A model generated the notes under the pieces. It was given only the letters and a program-made list of their open reading frames with translations, searched no databases and had not been told where the DNA came from. Source: Phycisphaerae bacterium (GTDB lineage Bacteria; Planctomycetota; Phycisphaerae; WQYP01). Taken from it: a stretch of 53,824 nucleotides of DNA. A program made the position numbers and the translations under genes. Position 1 is the first letter of the stretch. Each line of letters opens with the position of its first letter. The stretch lies in the NCBI GenBank assembly GCA_049965775.1, contig JBMFVX010000002.1, positions 1 through 53,824 on the forward strand, in the 5' to 3' direction. Below are positions 47,339-53,824 of the stretch, one piece after another.

Positions 47339-47628
47339 TGCAGCGCCGGCTGCCGCAGTTGTGAGGAAGTCCCGACGTGAGACGTCAAAGCCGCTGGGAA
47401 GTGTTTTGTTTGCAATAGTTGAGTACCTCTAAAGATGCAATATCTGTCATTACCGCTTGCATGCCAAATATTCTAAGCCCCTCAAGATAAGGCTGCAACA
47501 CACCTGACTTTTCGCTGAAGACCAACGCTCGAGCTTTGACATTATTGCCTCGGCGTTAAAACCTGTCCATAGCTATTAAGTTAATGTTGCGATGGTCAAC
47601 CGCTCTTATCAGCGGTAAAATCAAACGG

Positions 47629-47856
47629 ATGAAAGAAAATTGCAATATAGATTATCGGGGGCGAACCTTGCGAAGATTTACAAGTTACGCATTGTTGTCC
47701 CTTTCAGTTGGATGCGCCATCGTCTCGTGGATAACCGCCAAGCCTTGGTGGTTTGCACCGGCAGCAGCCTGTTTCATATTTGGTGGAATAACGCTCATTG
47801 AATCACAAAAAGGATGGTGTTACCTCCGGGGTATCGGAATAAAGACGCCCATTTAG
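47629..47856 (+). CDS. Small membrane protein, DUF2892 (YgaP-like)
   Basis: Two TM helices and the C-terminal GWCYLRGIGIKTP resemble the DUF2892 G-x-C-P-x-Y...G motif. The start is uncertain (47584 or 47629). GC looks lower than in the neighbours. Confidence 0.45.
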   Translation: MKENCNIDYRGRTLRRFTSYALLSLSVGCAIVSWITAKPWWFAPAAACFIFGGITLIESQKGWCYLRGIGIKTPI

Positions 47857-47944
47857 GTAGATAACTTAAATCCGTTGGCTTATGCACCGCCTACCGTGAC
47901 TTTGCATGGCAAGCGCAACGCGGCCAACATCAGGAAATATTTTC

Positions 47945-48745
47945 ATGGGTTGCCAGGTATCAGTATGTATTATTTGCTGCAACGAGAAGCAAGTGATTAC
48001 CACTTGCCTTAATTCTGTGGCGTGGTGCAGCGACGTCGTTATCGTAGACTCCGGTTCATCTGATGGTACCGTTGAGACGGCCGCCGCTCACGCAACCAAG
48101 CCTCGCATCATTCACCAACAATGGCTGGGTTATGCAGCACAGAGAGACTTTGCAATCAAACAATGCCGCAATGATTGGGTATTGGCCCTCGACGCCGACG
48201 AAGAATGCTCTCCGGAGCTTGCTGAGCAGATATCGGCCTTAAGTGAAGCGTCCATCGTAGATGTAGCGATGTTAAGCATGCCGCGCCGCAACTACATCGC
48301 TCGACGTTATGTGCGGTGCTGGTCGCCGGACTACCAAACACGCCTGCTTCACAAAAATCGAATGGCGATCGTCGGCAACTTTGTTCCCGAAAAGCGTGTG
48401 GCGCTGCCTGGTTTTCGCACGGCGAAATTGACCGGCCCGCTATTACACAATCGCCTGACAGACTTTAAACCATCTGATTTTAATGATGGGCCGCGAATGC
48501 AGGAACATGCCGAATTGCTGGCACAAGGTCTGGCCGGCAAAGGTCAGAAGGCCAACTGGCTCAATCTTATTTTCCGGCCCGCACTTACATTTCTTAAGTA
48601 CTATATTCTTCGCGGCGGTTTTCTACAGGGCCGGTTTGGGCTGGTTATCGCGTACAAAACAACCATCGGTGTCATGCTTAAGTACAGCGTCCTTTATGGT
48701 AAGCAACAGTTCGAAACAGCCTCCAACAACGCGCCAACCGAATAA
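47945..48745 (+). CDS. Glycosyltransferase family 2
   Basis: VSVCIICCNEKQVITTCLNSV...VVIVDSGSSDGT...LALDADEE (DxD-type motif). It resembles LPS-core GT2 enzymes. ATG 47945 is preferred. Confidence 0.75.
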   Translation: MGCQVSVCIICCNEKQVITTCLNSVAWCSDVVIVDSGSSDGTVETAAAHATKPRIIHQQWLGYAAQRDFAIKQCRNDWVLALDADEECSPELAEQISALSEASIVDVAMLSMPRRNYIARRYVRCWSPDYQTRLLHKNRMAIVGNFVPEKRVALPGFRTAKLTGPLLHNRLTDFKPSDFNDGPRMQEHAELLAQGLAGKGQKANWLNLIFRPALTFLKYYILRGGFLQGRFGLVIAYKTTIGVMLKYSVLYGKQQFETASNNAPTE

Positions 48746-48762
48746 AGGTCGTATCTCGCATA

Positions 48763-50298
48763 TTATTGAGTTGCCAGCTTGGCAAATGAGTCTCGCAGCG
48801 CATTGTACAACGATGCATACTTGGTTAGCTGTTGTTGATACAAAATTGCTGCCTTGCGGTTAGGCCTGCATACCGACTCGACCGAAATCACCGCGCGCGT
48901 TGCCGCCGCCACATCGCGCCATGCTCCAACTCCCACGCCCGCCAACACCGCCGCCCCCAAGGCCGCACCTTCGCTGGCGTTGACCGTGACGACCGGCGCG
49001 TTATACATATCTGCCTGCAACTGCCGCCAAAACTCACTGCGTGCGCCGCCGCCGCTGGCTCGAACCTGTTTGATGGCCACGCCCATTTCACGCAGAATGC
49101 CTACCTGCTCCGTCATGCCAAAGGTTATGCCTTCCACCACGCTGCGAATAAGCTCAGCTTGCCCATGGCGGGGGGTAAGCCCCACAAAGCAGCCTGTGGC
49201 ATAAGGGTCGGCATGCGGGCATCGCTCACCCGTAAGATAGGGTAGAAAGAAAAGATTTTCACATCCGGCCTCTGCCGCCGCCGCACGCTGCATCATCAGC
49301 GGATACAATTTACCAAGGTCTTTCTTGCTGCGCTGCAGCGTGGCAATTTGATCCGCAAAGAGTGTATTGCGAAGCCATTGTAGCGATCCCCCCGCTGAAA
49401 GCATGCAACCAAACACGCACCAGGTTGATGGTATTGCATGACACATGGTATGCACCCGCCCTATCGGATCTGTGCGTGGCTCGTCGCTGGCCGCAAAAAT
49501 CACCCCGCTCGTGCCCATGCTCGCCGAAATTAGACCCGCCGACACAACGCCTGTACCAACGGCCCCAGCCGCCTGATCGCCCGCCCCACCCACCACCGGC
49601 GTGCCCGGCTGCAAGCCAAACTCGGCTGCGGCCTTTGTGGTGAGTACTCCGCTTATCTCCGCGGATTCCCAAACCTTGGGGAGTATCAGGGGGTCTAGGC
49701 CAAGTTTTTCGACAAGCCCGATATGCCATCCCCGGCGCTTCACATCCAACAGCAGGGTGCCCGAGGCATCCGAAACTTCCGTTGCATATTCACCTGTAAG
49801 ACGATAGCGAATGTAATCTTTGGGTAGCAGCACTTGCGCAAGCTTAGCGTAACGCTTTGGTTCATGTTGCCTTAACCACAAAATCTTAGGGGCTGTAAAA
49901 CCAGTGAGCGCCGGGTTGGCGACCATTTGCAGCAGTGCATCGCGGCCTCCAGCCAACTGCGTGATTTGTAAACACTGCTCGGCTGTACGCTGGTCATTCC
50001 ATAAAAGTGCCGGTCGCAGAATCGTCCCACGCGCATCTAAAAATACGCTTCCGTGCATCTGGCCAGATAAGCCAATGCCGCTGATTTCCGCCCCCCGCAG
50101 CTTCGCTTTTTTAATTACGGCTCGCGTGGCTGTTATTGCCGACTGCCACCAATCTTCTGGAATCTGTTCGCTCCATCCGGGCTTGGGCGTGTAAATCGGG
50201 TGTGCAGCCTCGGCTGCCGCCAAAACACGACCATCTTCTGCCAAAACCAACGCCTTGGTGCCTGAGGTTCCGATGTCCATCCCTAAATAGGCGACCAT
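48763..50298 (-). CDS. xylB: Xylulokinase (FGGY family)
   Basis: LGMDIGTSGTKALVL, PGWSEQIPEDWW, GLSGQMHGSVFLD and LRPALLWNDQRT blocks are typical of XylB. 511 aa. Confidence 0.85.
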   Translation of the reverse strand: MVAYLGMDIGTSGTKALVLAEDGRVLAAAEAAHPIYTPKPGWSEQIPEDWWQSAITATRAVIKKAKLRGAEISGIGLSGQMHGSVFLDARGTILRPALLWNDQRTAEQCLQITQLAGGRDALLQMVANPALTGFTAPKILWLRQHEPKRYAKLAQVLLPKDYIRYRLTGEYATEVSDASGTLLLDVKRRGWHIGLVEKLGLDPLILPKVWESAEISGVLTTKAAAEFGLQPGTPVVGGAGDQAAGAVGTGVVSAGLISASMGTSGVIFAASDEPRTDPIGRVHTMCHAIPSTWCVFGCMLSAGGSLQWLRNTLFADQIATLQRSKKDLGKLYPLMMQRAAAAEAGCENLFFLPYLTGERCPHADPYATGCFVGLTPRHGQAELIRSVVEGITFGMTEQVGILREMGVAIKQVRASGGGARSEFWRQLQADMYNAPVVTVNASEGAALGAAVLAGVGVGAWRDVAAATRAVISVESVCRPNRKAAILYQQQLTKYASLYNALRDSFAKLATQ

Positions 50299-50319
50299 GT
50301 TAAGCTCCTGAAATCATGT

Positions 50320-51249
50320 TTATGCCTTTGCCGCAGCTTGTAAATACTCCACCACATCACGCACCACCCAACTCATGGCATCCATAGCGCCTTGCGTCCG
50401 GGCGGCCAGATGGGGCGCTAAAATGCAATTCGGACAACCCCACAGAGGATAATCCGGTCCCGGCGGCTCGGGGTCATGCACATCCAATGCCGCGCCTGCC
50501 ACGCGATTCTGTCTTAGCGCCGCAGCAAGCGCCGCCGCATCTATTACCTCGCCGCGCGATGTGTTAATCAGCAATGAATCTGGCCGGCATTGTGCAAGGG
50601 CCGCTGCGTCAATCATCCCTCGATTGCCCGGCCGGTGGCTCACATGAATACTTATGACGTCCGCCTGTGCATACAGCGCAGGCTTGTCTACGCTCTTTGC
50701 CGCAAAATCAACATACTGTGCAACATCCACAACGTCGTTGTAAAGAACATTCATACCAAACGCACAGGCCGCTCGCCCCACCAACCGGCCGATGCGTCCC
50801 ATGCCGATAATGCCCATTGTTTTTCCGCATAGCTCCAGCCCGCGGATAACCTTGCGATACCTGTGAAACTCTTCGGCGGCCACCGGTTGTCGGAGGTTAA
50901 TCACCGGCCGCCCCAACTGAAATATTAAATTAAAGACATATTCGCACACGGCGTGAGCATTGGCTCCTGGCGTTGAAAATACTTTTACGCCATGCGTCTG
51001 GCACGCGACTTGATCTATATTTTCCAACCCAACACCCGCCCGCCCAACCGCGCGCAAACGCGGAGCTTGCGAAAGAAGCAGTTCATTTACCTGCGTATAG
51101 GTACGAACTATTAAACCGTCAGCCGTTGCTAAATCTCGCTGCAATTGCTCCGGATTTTTCCAACTTGATTCAATTATGCAGGCCTGCTTGTGCCCCCACT
51201 CCAACGGTATGGCCTCCAGGCCCTCGGTCATAACAATAGTAGGCTTCAA
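50320..51249 (-). CDS. D-isomer-specific 2-hydroxyacid dehydrogenase (PGDH/GyaR-like)
   Basis: NAD-binding GIIGMGRIGRLVG and the catalytic region LLINTSRGEVID...ALDV..PEP. It lies 21 nt upstream of xylB on the same strand. Confidence 0.85.
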   Translation of the reverse strand: MKPTIVMTEGLEAIPLEWGHKQACIIESSWKNPEQLQRDLATADGLIVRTYTQVNELLLSQAPRLRAVGRAGVGLENIDQVACQTHGVKVFSTPGANAHAVCEYVFNLIFQLGRPVINLRQPVAAEEFHRYRKVIRGLELCGKTMGIIGMGRIGRLVGRAACAFGMNVLYNDVVDVAQYVDFAAKSVDKPALYAQADVISIHVSHRPGNRGMIDAAALAQCRPDSLLINTSRGEVIDAAALAAALRQNRVAGAALDVHDPEPPGPDYPLWGCPNCILAPHLAARTQGAMDAMSWVVRDVVEYLQAAAKA

Positions 51250-51367
51250 TCAACAGTCCTTACGATGAGGCCATCCATCCGGCGGCATTACTCCACGACT
51301 CATTCACAATAAGCCCAAATAACCACCACCGCAATATCAGATGACACCGTGTTAGGAGGCACGCTTT

Positions 51368-52780
51368 ATGCACGTGTCGTTTTCCACTATGCTTAGCTCG
51401 ACATTACGAGGCGAAACTTTAACGGAGACCTACATGCCGCGAGTCGCTTTTATTTTAGTTGCCGGACTTGACCAGCATCTTTTCAAGCAAGCGGGGGCGC
51501 CGCCGGAGCTTGCAAACTTTCACTTTCACGGCAGCTACCAACCTGTCGTCCCGGCGGTAACGTGCTCAATGCAGGCAACCCTCACAACGGGCCTTAGCTC
51601 TGCCGAGCACGGTATCATAGCCAATGGCCTTTTTACTCACGATCGAACCGATCTGCACGCCAAGCTCGACCTTAGCAACTTCGCGCCATTTCGCAAACAA
51701 ACCAGTTTCTGGGAACAGGCAAGCTCCTTGGTAAACGGTCGCAGGTTTTGGTACAACAAGAATAAAAAGACAGCAATGATGTTCTGGCAGCAATCCATGC
51801 CCGATGCAGCCGACATTATCCTTACCCCAAAGCCGGATCACACCCCCGATGGCAAAACCATCAGTATATGCTGGAGTCGGCCCACCGACTTATATCCCCG
51901 CCTCGCGGAAAAACTCGGCCAGTTTCCTCTGCATCACTATTGGGGGCCTATGGCCGGCATGCTGAGTTCAGAGTGGATCATTGCATCGGCTCGTGAGGTT
52001 TGGCAAACTCAACGTCCTGATCTCCTTCTCCTTTACGTTCCTCAACTCGATTACAACCTTCAGCGTTTAGGCCCAGGCTCTCCTGTGCCGGCAAAAGAGG
52101 CAACCGACGTCAGCCGCCTGCTAGGCCCGCTTATTGAGCAAGTTCGGGCCGATGGCGGCGTACCTATTGTGGCCGGCGACTACGGCATTACGGCCGTCAA
52201 ACAAGCCGATATGCCAAACCTCGCACTTCGGCGAGCGGGGCTTTTAACAACCATACCTGACGAACAAGGTAAACTGCTGATTGACTACGCAAAAAGCCGT
52301 GCGGTAGCCATGGTAGATCACCAAATTGCCCATGTTTATTGTGCCGCCGATGCGCTGGAAGCTGTTGTGGAATCTCTCCGGATGCTGCCTTCAGTGGATC
52401 GCGTGCTGATTACACCATCCGAGAAGGCTTCAGTGGGGCTTGGCGGCGATCGCACCGGCACCGTGGTACTGCTGTCGCGCTGCGATGCCTGGTTCGCCCA
52501 CGATTGGTGGGAATCAGACGCAGAAAAGCCGGCGTGGCAGTTTTCGGTGGATATTCATCGCAAGCCTGGTTATGACCCGCGGGAACTCTTGTTTGACCCG
52601 GTAAAAAAATGTATTTCTCAAGATGTTCTGCGCATCAAGGGTAGTCATGGCGCCCCGCAAAATCCGGAAAATTTCCCGATGCTCTTTGCCGATGTGCCGT
52701 TGCCTGCGGCGCTCAACCAAAGCACCGGCGCCCTCCCGCATGCCACCGACATTGCCGCTTGGCTGCAATCGCAACTTTAG
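51368..52780 (+). CDS. Alkaline-phosphatase-superfamily protein (nucleotide pyrophosphatase/phosphodiesterase-like)
   Basis: AGGAGG lies 8 nt before ATG 51368. The nucleophile region VPAVTCSMQATLTTGLSSAEHGIIANG resembles the NPP P-x-x-T...G..P..HGI motif. 470 aa. Confidence 0.7.
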   Translation: MHVSFSTMLSSTLRGETLTETYMPRVAFILVAGLDQHLFKQAGAPPELANFHFHGSYQPVVPAVTCSMQATLTTGLSSAEHGIIANGLFTHDRTDLHAKLDLSNFAPFRKQTSFWEQASSLVNGRRFWYNKNKKTAMMFWQQSMPDAADIILTPKPDHTPDGKTISICWSRPTDLYPRLAEKLGQFPLHHYWGPMAGMLSSEWIIASAREVWQTQRPDLLLLYVPQLDYNLQRLGPGSPVPAKEATDVSRLLGPLIEQVRADGGVPIVAGDYGITAVKQADMPNLALRRAGLLTTIPDEQGKLLIDYAKSRAVAMVDHQIAHVYCAADALEAVVESLRMLPSVDRVLITPSEKASVGLGGDRTGTVVLLSRCDAWFAHDWWESDAEKPAWQFSVDIHRKPGYDPRELLFDPVKKCISQDVLRIKGSHGAPQNPENFPMLFADVPLPAALNQSTGALPHATDIAAWLQSQL

Positions 52781-52804
52781 TTTTGTTTTCCGCAGGCGCG
52801 AGAC

Positions 52805-53047
52805 ATGGCCCAATCTCTGTACGATGAAGACGGCGGACCTGATGCGTTGGAGTTTCAGCGTTATCAACACAATGGAGTCAAATGCCGCCGCTGTGGCAAA
52901 GTGATTTTTGACGATCTCGATGAATGCCCATTCTGCCATGCCGATGTTGCCGCAGCCCATCGCAAGTCGCGCTGGCTTATTTGGACAGCCACAGCCTTAC
53001 TGCTACTTTTTCTTTTTGCTCTGCTTCAGGGCCTGGGGCTGATTTGA
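52805..53047 (+). CDS. Small zinc-ribbon protein with a C-terminal TM anchor
   Basis: CRRCGKV...CPFCHAD (CxxC-N13-CxxC), then the hydrophobic tail WLIWTATALLLLFLFALLQGLGLI. Confidence 0.45.
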   Translation: MAQSLYDEDGGPDALEFQRYQHNGVKCRRCGKVIFDDLDECPFCHADVAAAHRKSRWLIWTATALLLLFLFALLQGLGLI

Positions 53048-53129
53048 TACTATTGTTGAATTGGATTGCTAAGGTCAGCTATGCGATATGTGCTGCGGCA
53101 CGGCTTATTCGTCGTGGGGACTTAAACAA

Positions 53130-53651
53130 ATGCGAGAGTACAAACTCACCTGTGGCTTATGGTTGCCAATGCCCGTTCAAGACGTTTTTCCATTCTTTGC
53201 CGATGCGGCCAATTTGTCGCGCATCACACCCCCTTGGTTAAAGTTTACCGTTACATCACCCCAACCCATCGCTATTGAGGCGGGCTGTACAATTGACTAC
53301 ACCATTCGCTGGTTGGGTATACCCATGAAATGGCGAACGCTTATACCCCTCTGTGAGCCGCCACTTCAATTTAAGGACCAGCAGATTTCCGGACCATACG
53401 CCAAGTGGGTCCATTTACACTCATTTGATTCAAGAGACGGTGGAACTGTCGTTCATGATGAGGTGGAGTACCGGTTGCCGTGGGGCTTTGTCGGGCACAT
53501 GGCCCATGCCCTGCTGGTACGCCGCCAGCTTGAGGGCATTTTTAATTTTCGTCAACGTAGCCTCACCAGCATACTCCTGGCGGACAACAAGCAGGCAGCG
53601 CGTGTGATCGAACCCGTAAGAATTGTTTCGCTTGAGGTTTTTGATCCGTAG
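53130..53651 (+). CDS. SRPBCC (START/Bet v1-like) ligand-binding domain protein
   Basis: ATG 53130 gives MREYKLTCGLWLPMPVQDVFPFFADAANLSRITPPWL...DQQISGPYAKWVHLHSF..., typical of COG4276-type SRPBCC proteins. Confidence 0.7.
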   Translation: MREYKLTCGLWLPMPVQDVFPFFADAANLSRITPPWLKFTVTSPQPIAIEAGCTIDYTIRWLGIPMKWRTLIPLCEPPLQFKDQQISGPYAKWVHLHSFDSRDGGTVVHDEVEYRLPWGFVGHMAHALLVRRQLEGIFNFRQRSLTSILLADNKQAARVIEPVRIVSLEVFDP

Positions 53652-53824
53652 GAATGTACCGTATCTTTAGTTTCAAATAGTCTCAACGATTTCCGTTTTC
53701 GGTAAATCGCAACAAAGCAATCAGTTCAAGGTCTCAATAACGCGATGGGGCGTGGCAATTTTTCCGGGCGGCCCGGGATCATGCCGATTTTATTGGCATT
53801 CCCAGTCGCTTTTGCCGGGTACAA

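Noticed and set aside
1-53824. A whole-window check for CRISPR repeats, tRNA/rRNA/tmRNA/RNase P/SRP signatures, long tandem or dispersed repeats, and defence or toxin-antitoxin gene pairs.
   Set aside because: I found no regularly spaced direct repeats, no T-loop GGTTCGAATCC-type motifs or other hallmark RNA cores, no duplicated segments beyond short motifs, and no gene pair with TA or defence-system hallmarks. This was a by-eye scan only; a computational repeat and covariance-model scan would be decisive.

Overview
The window is a moderately GC-rich (by eye, not computed), densely coding stretch of bacterial chromosome. I call about 50 protein-coding genes, almost all core housekeeping or central metabolism. 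Protein styles suggest a PVC/Planctomycetota-like organism: Tat-lipoprotein signals, RskA-type anti-sigma factors and low-complexity terminal extensions. That taxonomic call is inference only.

Main content, left to right:
- A truncated IS4-like transposase abuts the 3' remnant of a solute-binding-protein gene.
- yjbQ and dnaA follow, with a compact DnaA-box/AT-rich cluster upstream of dnaA (candidate oriC or dnaA operator).
- A two-domain GNAT, yqgE/algH, and an hpf-ptsN-HPr (PTS-Ntr) cluster without rpoN.
- kdsA, panD, ilvBN, a sigma-70 family factor, miaB, a TPR protein and queD.
- A csp plus sensor-less histidine kinase pair, then rpsO-pnp.
- An ackA-xfp-histidine phosphatase operon (phosphoketolase route), a TlpA-like redoxin and a TIM-barrel glycosidase.
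- aspS, pyk, a ClC channel with CBS domains, and a Pat-like ADP-forming acyl-CoA synthetase/GNAT fusion.
- A DinB-Nudix-ECF sigma-anti-sigma cluster.
- A GH3 glycosidase with a CBM6-like insertion, a GT2 glycosyltransferase, and a 2-hydroxyacid dehydrogenase-xylB operon.
- An alkaline-phosphatase-superfamily enzyme and an SRPBCC protein.

I found no rRNA, tRNA, CRISPR array, prophage or recognisable defence island. I see no convincing evidence for a new multi-gene system here.

The items most worth a second look:
1. The DnaA-box cluster upstream of dnaA.
2. A perfect Tat-lipoprotein signal on the GH3 gene that lies upstream of any canonical start codon (ATT start or frameshift).
3. The DinB-Nudix-ECF sigma/anti-sigma module.
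4. Several structured leader or intergenic hairpins.
5. A few orphan secreted proteins.

Start codons were refined by eye from Shine-Dalgarno spacing and are less certain than stop positions.
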